Assembly: GCA_013152385.1 (NCBI GenBank)
Contig: JAADGL010000016.1
Span: 47,694 to 111,693, forward strand
From: Acidobacteriota bacterium
GTDB lineage: Bacteria; Acidobacteriota; Holophagae; Thermotomaculales; Thermotomaculaceae
Length of the DNA stretch: 64,000 nt
Direction: 5' to 3'
Shown here: positions 1-8,466 of the stretch, piece after piece
How the letters are laid out: the number at the start of each line of letters is the position of its first letter
How positions within the stretch are numbered: position 1 is the first letter of the stretch
Program-made: the position numbers and the translations under genes
Notes under the pieces: generated by a model
What the model was told of the DNA's origin: nothing
Seen by the model: the letters and a program-made list of their open reading frames with translations, nothing else
The model's database searches: none

Positions 1-969
1 ACTTTCGGAATTCAGGCGGACCGTCCGGAAACCGGTTATGGGTACATACAGCGTTCGGATGAGAAAATCGGCGGGGCCTGGCGGGCGAAGCGTTTTGTTG
101 AAAAGCCGGATAGAAAAACAGCGGAACATTATTTGGAATCCGGCGATTATTTATGGAATTCCGGGATGTTTGCTTTTAGTGTGGATACGATTTCTGCCGC
201 ATTCCGGGCCTTTATGCCCGGTTTATGGGATGCTTTGAACAGCGGGTTGGACGAGTTGTTTTCACGTTTTCCCCAGCTGACTGCGGATTCCATTGATTGC
301 GGCATTATGGAGAAGGCGGATAATGTAGCGGTTATTCCTGCCGCTTTCCGGTGGTCGGATATGGGTTCGTGGGACAGTTTTTACCAAGTGTTGAAAAAGG
401 ATGCTGCTTCCAACGTAATCAGCGGGAATGTGCTGCCGGTGGATACGGAAAACTGTCTGATTCTCGGGGGGAAGCGCCTTATTGCAACCGCGGGAGTGCG
501 GGACCTGCTGGTGGTGGAAACGGCGGACGCAATTCTAATCAGCGGAAAAGGGGAACCCGGGAAAGTAAAAACCATTGTAGAGACGTTGAGAGCTGAAAAC
601 CGGCCGGAGGTGAAAGAACACGTGACAGTAGAGCGGCCATGGGGTAGTTACACGGTTCTGGAAAGTATGCCGGGCTATAAAATCAAGCGCATTGTGGTGG
701 AGCCGGGAGAGCGGCTCAGTTTGCAGCTTCACCATAAAAGAAGTGAGCACTGGGTGGTCACAGCGGGGACTGCAAAAGTACGTGTGGGAGACAGGGAAGC
801 GGTTCTCCACATTAATGAGGGAATTTTTGTCCCGATGGAGACATTGCACCGGCTGGAAAATCCCGGCAGCATTCCCCTTGAGATGGTGGAAGTACAGGTG
901 GGAGACTATCTTGAAGAAGATGATATTGAGCGTTTTGACGATATATACGGACGGAGCGGGGAGAAATAG
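1..969 (+). CDS. manC: mannose-1-phosphate guanylyltransferase / mannose-6-phosphate isomerase (5' end outside window)
   Basis: Frame 1 is open from nt 1 (TFGIQADRPETGYGYIQ...). It runs through WNSGMFAF and ends in a cupin module (ERPWGSYTVLE...GERLSLQLHHKRSEHWVV...LENPG) typical of bifunctional GMP/PMI enzymes. Confidence 0.85.
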   Translation, partial: TFGIQADRPETGYGYIQRSDEKIGGAWRAKRFVEKPDRKTAEHYLESGDYLWNSGMFAFSVDTISAAFRAFMPGLWDALNSGLDELFSRFPQLTADSIDCGIMEKADNVAVIPAAFRWSDMGSWDSFYQVLKKDAASNVISGNVLPVDTENCLILGGKRLIATAGVRDLLVVETADAILISGKGEPGKVKTIVETLRAENRPEVKEHVTVERPWGSYTVLESMPGYKIKRIVVEPGERLSLQLHHKRSEHWVVTAGTAKVRVGDREAVLHINEGIFVPMETLHRLENPGSIPLEMVEVQVGDYLEEDDIERFDDIYGRSGEK

Positions 970-995
970 AAAATTACTGCTCGCTTTAAAGGAGA

Positions 996-1553
996 CTAGG
1001 ATTCATCTTCTTTTTTTGCAGGGGCCTGTTCTTTGAGATAGCAGTTCCTGCACAGGACCCGTTCCGGATCTTCCGGTACAAAGTTTACATATTCCCGTTT
1101 CCCGCAGCGGCAGCAAATAATGGATGTGGTAACTTGAAGCCGTTTGTTCCGTTTCCGGTTCGGGACTTTCCCTTTCAACTTTTCATAGCATTCGTCACAT
1201 AGCTTAACCGGTTCGGTGGCTCTTCGGTAGGTAAGTTCCACTTCTTTTCCGCAGTGCTCACAGATTACTTTAAACCGGCCGGCAACTTTTCGCATAATTT
1301 CCCGATTCCGGTGTTTCCGTCTCTTTTTTACCTCAAAACATTCATGGCAGAGTACTGCGGTACCCCTCGTGGGTTTAAAAGGAACCCGGTCTTCTTTTCC
1401 ACACATGCTGCAGATGATGGTATAGAGTGTGGGCGGTTCTTGCCCCGAACGGGGGGGCGGCCGATGGTCCGGTTTCCGATCCCGTGCAAAGCGGGGCGTT
1501 GCCGCCCCGCCATTTTCAGGTTTCGGTTTATTTCGAGGTGTAGACATGTTCAC
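996..1553 (-). CDS. hypothetical zinc-ribbon protein with three CxxC-x17-CxxC repeats and a basic Pro/Arg-rich N-terminus
   Basis: CSMC-17aa-CHEC, CEHC-17aa-CDEC and CCRC-17aa-CRNC are counted directly in the translation, with Lys/Arg-rich linkers between them. The start overlaps the 3' end of ccsA. Confidence 0.65.
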   Translation of the reverse strand: MNMSTPRNKPKPENGGAATPRFARDRKPDHRPPPRSGQEPPTLYTIICSMCGKEDRVPFKPTRGTAVLCHECFEVKKRRKHRNREIMRKVAGRFKVICEHCGKEVELTYRRATEPVKLCDECYEKLKGKVPNRKRNKRLQVTTSIICCRCGKREYVNFVPEDPERVLCRNCYLKEQAPAKKEDES

Positions 1554-2403
1554 TCATGGACGCAGTGGGCAGCGCGCTCATTCCCAGATAGGTAAATACA
1601 ATGGCGGCAAAACCGATAATGGAAAAAATAACAGCTTTCCGGCCCCGCCAGCCTTTGACATAGCGAAGGTGAAAGTAAGTCAGGTAAATCGTCCAGGTGA
1701 TCAGTGACCAGTTTTCTTTCGGATCCCAGAACCAGTAGTCTCCCCAGGCAAATTTGGCCCATATGGATCCGGTCAGCAAGCCCATGTTCAGGAATGTAAA
1801 TCCAACGATAATCAGCTGATGGGTAAAAGATTCCAGGTCAATTACTTCACCTCCCAGAGCATTTGTGAAAAAGCGTCCTTTTCTGGTGCTTTGGTCCAGA
1901 ACAATTGTATCCGGAAAAAACAGATACATAATACCGGTGGCAAAAGATACGGCCAATGCCCCGTAGCCGATGAAATAAATAACCACATGGGGGATAAACC
2001 AGCCGCTTTGCAGGGCCGGCGGCAGATTGATGATTTCCACATCTACCTTTACTACCGCAAACAGGAGGCAGCCCAGTGCCATAAGAATTGAGCCGACTCC
2101 CACGAGTTTTACTTTTCGGATTAATTCCAGTACCAGATAGACCAGTACAATACAGAAAGCGGCAAAAATCAGTGATTCGTAGAAAGTTTTGAAAGGTGGC
2201 CGTCCGGCGGCGATCCATCGTTGTACAATCAGCCACCCGTTAATAATGAGTCCCACGAAGAGGGAGAAACGCCCCAGGGTATACACGCTGTTGTTTTTCA
2301 TAAACAGGGAGAAGGAATAGAGTACGAAGGCAACGGTATAGATGCAGATTAATCCGGTCAGCATTGTGCTGATACGGGAAAAGTTGTCTATGAGTGCAAT
2401 CAT
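1528..2403 (-). CDS. ccsA: cytochrome c biogenesis protein CcsA/ResC (System II haem-handling subunit)
   Basis: Polytopic membrane protein with the Trp-rich WWD-type motif WGDYWFWDPKENWSLITW. I chose the ATG at 2403 (MIALID), which sits 10 nt after the resB stop with GAGG upstream. The ORF track extends the frame to 2448. Confidence 0.85.
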   Translation of the reverse strand: MIALIDNFSRISTMLTGLICIYTVAFVLYSFSLFMKNNSVYTLGRFSLFVGLIINGWLIVQRWIAAGRPPFKTFYESLIFAAFCIVLVYLVLELIRKVKLVGVGSILMALGCLLFAVVKVDVEIINLPPALQSGWFIPHVVIYFIGYGALAVSFATGIMYLFFPDTIVLDQSTRKGRFFTNALGGEVIDLESFTHQLIIVGFTFLNMGLLTGSIWAKFAWGDYWFWDPKENWSLITWTIYLTYFHLRYVKGWRGRKAVIFSIIGFAAIVFTYLGMSALPTASMSEHVYTSK

Positions 2404-2413
2404 CTTCAGTACC

Positions 2414-4276
2414 TCACATCTTGAAGTAGAATCGAAGGATTCCGCCAATGGTTAACAGAAAAAAGCCGAGAAAGACAATGTAGACGCCCGGATCCCGGAC
2501 AACGGAAATTCCGGAATAGGTTGGATCCTTTGGGTCATAATTGGACTGGTAAAAATAGTATCCGCCGAAGTGCAGCGGGTTATTCACTTCCACCTTCTTT
2601 TTCAGAACAACTTTTCCGTCTTTCAGGACAGACAGATAGCTCCGATAGGCTTCCGGGGAATCGTCCTTATTTCTGAGGAGAAGGGCGACGCGTCCATTGT
2701 CCAGGAAAGTAGCCGATTTGTCGGAAGCTCCAAAAATGGCGGTTGTTTTTTTGCCGTTCTGGATCCACTGAACCTGCACAACCGGGTTGTTGGGTTTGTC
2801 CGAAAGGCTGAACTCCTGTTTGACTTTTTTTGCATGGGGAAGGAAGCTCTTGAATTCAAAACTCATATCTCCGATTTTTAAAAATCCGTTTTCCAGTTTT
2901 CCTTTTTCGAATTTTTTCCCGGTGTTTGTTTTTTCATAATTTCCGTCTGCGCTGACAATGTAAACCGGTTTGCCTTTCAATGACGGGACAAAGGTGAACC
3001 GGATGGCGGCATCGCCGGGAAGCTTTTTCCCGTGGGTAAAGTCGGGGAAATTGGCAAATACCCATTGGGTTGTTTTTTCACCGGTTTTTTTGTTTTCAAA
3101 AATCAGCTCCAGTGCCGGGTTGTCGGGGGTTTTTCCTGCCGAAACAATTTCTTTGGTTTTATCATCAATGCTGAAAGAGGGGAAGAACCGCCCGATTTTG
3201 ACTGAGGTGTCGCCGGTGAAGGGGTAGGTTTTTCCTTCTTTTACCGAAAGAAGCCGATGGCTGCCGTCGGGAAAGGTGATGCTGAGGAGCTTCTGTTCCG
3301 AAATGACATTGCGGGGGTTTTTCGGCATTTTCCATTTAAAAATGATCATCCCCTCTTTATCCGGCATGAAGAACCGGTCGTCTCCGGTACGGTCAAAAAA
3401 GTACGCTGTCTGTAAATGGCCGGCTTCGTGGAGCACCACCTTGACGGCTCCGGGCCCGGTGTCGGTGGGGACCGCCACTTCCCGGTTGGCATAGTCCGGG
3501 TAGTATTTCAGGATTTTCAGTACCCCGTGGGCTTCTTTCACCGGATATTCCGCATTTTCTTTTGATTTGAATGAATACGGCATTCCGAATTTTGCTTTGG
3601 AATCCGGCCTTGTATATACGTAGACGCGGTAATCCGGCGCGTAGTGGTCAACCTCAAATTTGTCCAGCCGCAACTGAAATCCCATGTCTTTTTTCTGGTT
3701 TAACAGCTGGTTGTATTTGGTTAACTGAAATTGGCTGACAATATCGCCTTCATGGAAATTGATATAGCCTTTTACACCGAAAAATGCGCTGATGGAGCCG
3801 CCGATGACAATGATCAGAATACTTAAATGAATCAGAAAAAATCCGAGTTTTTTTCTCCAGACCGACAACTGATTCAGTGTACAAATCAGAATGTTAAGGT
3901 TCAGAAGAATAACAAGGCCGGAAAACCAGAGAGAGTGGTAGGTGTCTCCCAGGGAAAACAGTTTTACAAATTTATAAAAACCGGGTGAATAGGATTGCAG
4001 ATAGCGGGCGGGAGCGACATTTTGAAGGATGAGGGTCCCGATAATCACCGCAATGGTAAAGAAAACCAGTATGGAAGCTGCCAGTTTCATGGACCGGAAG
4101 AAATCCAGTACATTCTTCGGGCTGCGTATGGTGACAACGATCAGAAAAATTGCCAGTGCCGCAGTGAGCCCATAAAAGACCGGTTTATTCAGATTTGCCG
4201 CCGCCTGTAGTATCAGCAGGTAAACTGTAATTAAGCCGGTTGCGGACAGGTAAAATGCCAGTGATTTTTTTCTCAA
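2414..4276 (-). CDS. resB: cytochrome c biogenesis protein ResB/Ccs1 (CcsB)
   Basis: N-terminal ResB hallmark FFRSMKLAASILVFFTIAVIIGTLILQN, a large soluble middle domain and a C-terminal TM. TTG start with AAGGAG upstream. Immediately upstream of ccsA. Confidence 0.8.
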   Translation of the reverse strand: MRKKSLAFYLSATGLITVYLLILQAAANLNKPVFYGLTAALAIFLIVVTIRSPKNVLDFFRSMKLAASILVFFTIAVIIGTLILQNVAPARYLQSYSPGFYKFVKLFSLGDTYHSLWFSGLVILLNLNILICTLNQLSVWRKKLGFFLIHLSILIIVIGGSISAFFGVKGYINFHEGDIVSQFQLTKYNQLLNQKKDMGFQLRLDKFEVDHYAPDYRVYVYTRPDSKAKFGMPYSFKSKENAEYPVKEAHGVLKILKYYPDYANREVAVPTDTGPGAVKVVLHEAGHLQTAYFFDRTGDDRFFMPDKEGMIIFKWKMPKNPRNVISEQKLLSITFPDGSHRLLSVKEGKTYPFTGDTSVKIGRFFPSFSIDDKTKEIVSAGKTPDNPALELIFENKKTGEKTTQWVFANFPDFTHGKKLPGDAAIRFTFVPSLKGKPVYIVSADGNYEKTNTGKKFEKGKLENGFLKIGDMSFEFKSFLPHAKKVKQEFSLSDKPNNPVVQVQWIQNGKKTTAIFGASDKSATFLDNGRVALLLRNKDDSPEAYRSYLSVLKDGKVVLKKKVEVNNPLHFGGYYFYQSNYDPKDPTYSGISVVRDPGVYIVFLGFFLLTIGGILRFYFKM

Positions 4277-4389
4277 CTTAAACTCCTTTCAATATAAATT
4301 TGCATCCGGTTTTTTCCGGATGGGGTCATAATCGAAAACCGGAATAATGAATAAAGAACCGGTTTCCGGGTATAAGGGAGAAATATTTT

Positions 4390-5934
4390 TCATTTTTTCT
4401 TTTGAAGGCCTTCGATATATGCACTCATCACATTCCTGAGGGAATCGACAGAGAATGCTGTGGCTTTCGGCCGGGTTTGTGCGTTGAAATACCCGCCTCC
4501 GCCTCCGAAAATGTAAGTTGTCATATCAATGGTGTACCTGGCATCATTTTTAAAAGCCTTATCTCCGATTTTCCGGATTTCCACACGATTTCCTTCCGGA
4601 CGGGAAGGATGAACCGAGTAATCCACACCCGGGAAGAATGCAAACTGAAAAAAGGGACAGCCATTTTTCAGTTTCCCTTCCGAATCCATCATCCCGGCAG
4701 CATGTTCCATTATTGTTTTCAGCTGGTTGCCGGTCACAGAAATCTGAACCAGATAGTTGTCATAGGGAAGCAGTTTGAACAGGTGGCGGTTTACCACCGT
4801 TGCCCGTTTGGATTTGACCCGAAGGCCCGGATTTGAGACTGTAACAAGCTGCACATCGGAATTTTTCCAGGACTGCATGCTATCGGCAATGAAATAAGAT
4901 GCGGTGTCCGGTGCAAGAGGGTCATCAGTGAACTCAAGGGGATGTTTGTATTTGCCAAGATCCGTATCCATGAAGTCGGCTGTGCCCCTGTCCAGTTTCC
5001 GAACTTTTTTTTCTATTTTTTTGTCAATTTCGGAATCATTAACTTTCAATGTAGTGGAGCTTTTTCCGAGAATTTCCCATTTGCCGTCCCGACGCTGTAA
5101 GTCAATCAGAACAATTCCGATGGATTTCGCGTGATCTTTCGGCTGGCAGAGCAATACCCCGTTGTACATTTCCAGCGGCACCTCCTTATGGGTATGGCCG
5201 AAAAGAATCACGTCAATGCCCGGCACGTTTTCCACAACCTGATACACGGCATTTTCGTTCATGGAGCCGGTTTGCAATTTTTGTCCCTCTCCGCTGTGAA
5301 CCAGGCCGATAATGATGTCGGCTCCCTGCTGTTTCAGCATAGCTACAGCCTTTTTTGCAGATTTTACCATGTCAAGAAAATGCGCCCCTTCCAGAACGGC
5401 CGGTGTTTCAAAGTGTTCCGTGGCAGGGGTGGTCAGCCCGAAAAATCCGATTTTGACTCCTGAACGTTTGATGATGACAGTGCCTGGAAAAAGCGGTTGA
5501 TTATTTTTGTCAAGAACATTTGCCGAAATCCACGGGAACCCGGTATCGGCAGTGTTTTGTTTCAATACCCCGGTACCGAAATCAAAATCATGGTTTCCCG
5601 GTACCGCCACATCGTATTTCAGCATCCGCATTGCCGTGACCACAGGATTATTTCTGTCAGCGGCGTGATAGTGCTGGTAGAACGTCAGCGGATTTCCCAC
5701 AAAGGTATCTCCGCAGTCCACGAGAATGGTGTTATCTTTGCTTTTTCGAAGTTTTTCAATGAGCGGGCCCGCCTGAGCAAGGCCGTAACCCAGCTTTTTC
5801 CCGGTAACGTAATCTTTTCCGGTTATGTTGCCATGGATATCGGTTGTTGCCAGGATTGTAATGGTAACTTCTTTGGCGGCAACGGTGAAAAAAACGCTTG
5901 CCGTAAGGGCAAGAATGAAGATCAAACGACGCAT
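4390..5934 (-). CDS. secreted bifunctional metallophosphatase / 5'-nucleotidase (UshA-like)
   Basis: Signal peptide MRRLIFILALTASVFFTVAA. Metallophosphoesterase motifs TTDIHGN, DCGDTFVGN, GNHDFDFG and GHTHKE, plus a C-terminal 5'-nucleotidase-type domain. Confidence 0.8.
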   Translation of the reverse strand: MRRLIFILALTASVFFTVAAKEVTITILATTDIHGNITGKDYVTGKKLGYGLAQAGPLIEKLRKSKDNTILVDCGDTFVGNPLTFYQHYHAADRNNPVVTAMRMLKYDVAVPGNHDFDFGTGVLKQNTADTGFPWISANVLDKNNQPLFPGTVIIKRSGVKIGFFGLTTPATEHFETPAVLEGAHFLDMVKSAKKAVAMLKQQGADIIIGLVHSGEGQKLQTGSMNENAVYQVVENVPGIDVILFGHTHKEVPLEMYNGVLLCQPKDHAKSIGIVLIDLQRRDGKWEILGKSSTTLKVNDSEIDKKIEKKVRKLDRGTADFMDTDLGKYKHPLEFTDDPLAPDTASYFIADSMQSWKNSDVQLVTVSNPGLRVKSKRATVVNRHLFKLLPYDNYLVQISVTGNQLKTIMEHAAGMMDSEGKLKNGCPFFQFAFFPGVDYSVHPSRPEGNRVEIRKIGDKAFKNDARYTIDMTTYIFGGGGGYFNAQTRPKATAFSVDSLRNVMSAYIEGLQKKK

Positions 5935-6019
5935 AGTTCCCTCCGAACCAGTGGTGACTGGATTTTAGCACAAAAAGACAGGATAGGGGGAAGAAGTGGG
6001 CTCCATTTCAAAGCCTTTC

Positions 6020-6070
6020 TTGACAGGAGCACCGATACGGGCTAAAATATAAACCGAATAGTCGGTTTAT
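6020..6070 (+). promoter_or_regulatory. candidate sigma70 promoter (TTGACA-17-TAAAAT) followed by a 9-4-9 perfect palindrome (candidate TetR operator)
   Basis: TTGACA at 6020-6025, a 17-nt spacer, TAAAAT at 6043-6048. ATAAACCGA-atag-TCGGTTTAT at 6049-6070. A further AGTCGGTT half-site copy at 6080-6087 lies just before the GGAGG RBS. Confidence 0.5.
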
Positions 6071-6098
6071 AAAACAATCAGTCGGTTGGAGGTGCAGT

Positions 6099-6701
6099 GT
6101 GGGAAAGAATAAAATTATTTATTCCATCCGGGTGCCCCGGATATTGGAAGCGACCGTAGCTTTAATTGCTGAAAAAGGAATTCAGAATATTACCCTGGAT
6201 CAGGTTGCACAGCGGGCGGAGCTGTCCAAAGGAGGGCTGGTGCACTATTTTCCCGGCAAGGATAAATTGATTGAGAGCGCGGTTGCCGATTTCTTCAGAA
6301 AGATATTTGAGAGGGGAAGGGAGATTCGCGACAGAATAGACAATCCCCTTAAACAGCTGCTTTCTTATACCTGGCTTTACAACAAAAACGATCCGGATCT
6401 TCTTGTCGGGTACAGGTTGTTTTTTGACATCATGTCAATTGCTTCCCGGGACCGGCGTTACAGACAGGTACTTCAGGATTTTGTTGAAAATTGGATTACG
6501 CTGCTGAAAGCTTCGATTTCCAGAGGTATTGCGGCGGGTGATTTTCAGGTGAGGGACGTTGAAGAAACAGCGCGGAGCGTTTCAGCTGTTTATCAGGGCG
6601 TGGCGTCCCGGTGGTTTTTGGACCCTGAAAATCATTCGGATGAATGGGCGGTGAGAACGGTGGAGAGTCTTGTGGGTTTTCTTGTGACAAATAAATTATA
6701 A
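6099..6701 (+). CDS. TetR/AcrR family transcriptional regulator
   Basis: N-terminal HTH region (ILEATVALIAEKGIQNITLDQVAQRAELSKGGLVHYF) typical of TetR. GTG start with GGAGG upstream. Confidence 0.85.
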   Translation: MGKNKIIYSIRVPRILEATVALIAEKGIQNITLDQVAQRAELSKGGLVHYFPGKDKLIESAVADFFRKIFERGREIRDRIDNPLKQLLSYTWLYNKNDPDLLVGYRLFFDIMSIASRDRRYRQVLQDFVENWITLLKASISRGIAAGDFQVRDVEETARSVSAVYQGVASRWFLDPENHSDEWAVRTVESLVGFLVTNKL

Positions 6702-6713
6702 AAGGGAGGGATT

Positions 6714-7109
6714 ATGCCGGTTTTTGAATCCACTGAAAAGATGTATGAGGTTTTGGGGGATCTTTTTGAAACACTGCTTGCGCATCCGGTGGCAGGCGAG
6801 AAGTTCAAAAAGCAGGAAGTGGTTATCCGTTTCATCATGAATGACCCCCAGGGTGAGATATGGCTTCTTCCCGAAGGAAAAGTGGTTTGCGGTGTTCCGG
6901 ATGGAGTAAAAGCGGACATTTCGATGACATTGAGCGGCGATACTGCGCATAATTTCTGGTTGAAGAAAATTACCATGCCGGTTGCACTCGCGAAAGGTTT
7001 GATTCGGGCGAAGGGGCCGCTGGCAAAGGTACTGAAACTTCTTCCGATTCTGAACCCCGCATACGAGGCTTACCCCGCAATCGCGGAAAAACACGGGCTG
7101 AGTATTTAG
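6714..7109 (+). CDS. SCP2 sterol/lipid-carrier domain protein
   Basis: 131-aa protein whose pattern (KADISMTLSGDTAHNFWLKKITMPVALAKGLIRAKGPL) is characteristic of SCP-2 sterol transfer domains. Confidence 0.7.
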   Translation: MPVFESTEKMYEVLGDLFETLLAHPVAGEKFKKQEVVIRFIMNDPQGEIWLLPEGKVVCGVPDGVKADISMTLSGDTAHNFWLKKITMPVALAKGLIRAKGPLAKVLKLLPILNPAYEAYPAIAEKHGLSI

Positions 7110-7118
7110 GGGGAGAAG

Positions 7119-7799
7119 ATGGCTATTGAAAGAGCGGTTCGGCAGTTTGAAACAGACAGGACGGAAGCTGTCAGGATTCTGTCCAGGCTTTTAATTGCAT
7201 CCGGGACAACTTCCCCCAGGGTGGGAGGTGTCGGGGAATGCACGTTTCACATTGTTGAAGATGAATGTGATATTGAAGACCTCTGCCAGCAAATTGAGAA
7301 TATTTCCAATGACAACGAAGCGTGGGGGTTTTTTAGAAGAGACGCGCAGATGCTTCGGGATGCGGACGCGGTGATTGTGATTACCTCATTGAGGTCGTTG
7401 AAGGACCCTTCCGATATCAACTGCAATATGTGCGGTTATTTGACCTGTGAGTATATGGAGCAGAGGGAAAAGCTGGACAAAAAAGATGCTGCTGTTGCCT
7501 ATACCGGCCCGTTGTGCACGTTCAGAGCGGCAAATGTGGCGTATGCCTTGAACGGGGTGCTTTCTCTGGCAAAGCAGCTGGGGGTTGATTTTGGTGTTTT
7601 CTGGAGTGCGGGGCTTGCCGCCATGCGGATGGGGGTGCTTCCCCGGGATACCGGCTTTGCCGTCGCGGTGGGAATCAGTATTTCCGAGAAGTCGCCTTTC
7701 CGGGATATTCCCCTGGATTACGATAAATTTAATGACAGAAGCATGAAGGACAGAATTATTTATCGATTGTGGCCGCAATTCCGTTCAATTTATTCATAA
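7119..7799 (+). CDS. DUF2148 (ferredoxin-domain, COG4739-like) protein, paralogue 1
   Basis: NCNMCGYLTCEYME...GPLCTFRAANVAYALNGV matches the NCGACGYxTC...GPxCxF core I remember for DUF2148 proteins. Confidence 0.6.
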   Translation: MAIERAVRQFETDRTEAVRILSRLLIASGTTSPRVGGVGECTFHIVEDECDIEDLCQQIENISNDNEAWGFFRRDAQMLRDADAVIVITSLRSLKDPSDINCNMCGYLTCEYMEQREKLDKKDAAVAYTGPLCTFRAANVAYALNGVLSLAKQLGVDFGVFWSAGLAAMRMGVLPRDTGFAVAVGISISEKSPFRDIPLDYDKFNDRSMKDRIIYRLWPQFRSIYS

Positions 7800-7809
7800 G
7801 GAGTGGGTG

Positions 7810-8457
7810 ATGGCAAAGAGAACGATGGAGGATCTGGTTCAATCGGGCCTTGAACGGGCGGTTGAGCTGATGGCCCTTGCGGCCAATGACGCGTGGCATT
7901 TTGGCGGAAAACAGATGTTGAAGATGGTTTCCCTTGATGAGGACGAGATGGAAGAGATGGCGAATTACGCTCTTTCCCTCGGAGACATGTCTCCTCTCGC
8001 GGCCCGGGATGGCCGTTTTGCCCTTGAATTGATGAAAGAGCCCTGGGCGGTTCTGGTTTTCGGTGCAGGCAGAAAATCAACTTTTAATTACAATTGCGGT
8101 GCCTGCGGTTTCAGAACCTGTGCAGAGTTGAACAAAGCGGAAACAGTGGAATCACTGACTTCAAACGGCCCGGCCTGTATTTTTGAGACCCTGAATCTGA
8201 ATATGGCAGCCAATGCCGCCGCTGCTGCTGCCGGGAGGCTGGGGCTTCATTGCCGGGTATTTTCCACACTTGCCTTTGCCGCGAAGGCGCTGGAATATAT
8301 CAATGCGGATATTGTGGTGGGGGTTGCGGTAAGTGCGGCCGGGAAGGACCCGTTTTTTGACCGGCATAAATTCTGGACAAAGGAAGAGTGGGAACGGGTT
8401 TTCAACAGGGAGTTTCCGACATTTAACCGGGGATTTATCGGAGCGGTGGAGGAATGA
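7810..8457 (+). CDS. DUF2148 (ferredoxin-domain, COG4739-like) protein, paralogue 2
   Basis: NYNCGACGFRTCAELNKAE...GPACIFETLNLNMAANAAA...GKDPFFDR. ATG at 7810 with AAGGAG at 7798-7803. Confidence 0.65.
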   Translation: MAKRTMEDLVQSGLERAVELMALAANDAWHFGGKQMLKMVSLDEDEMEEMANYALSLGDMSPLAARDGRFALELMKEPWAVLVFGAGRKSTFNYNCGACGFRTCAELNKAETVESLTSNGPACIFETLNLNMAANAAAAAAGRLGLHCRVFSTLAFAAKALEYINADIVVGVAVSAAGKDPFFDRHKFWTKEEWERVFNREFPTFNRGFIGAVEE

Positions 8458-8466
8458 GGAGGGTGT

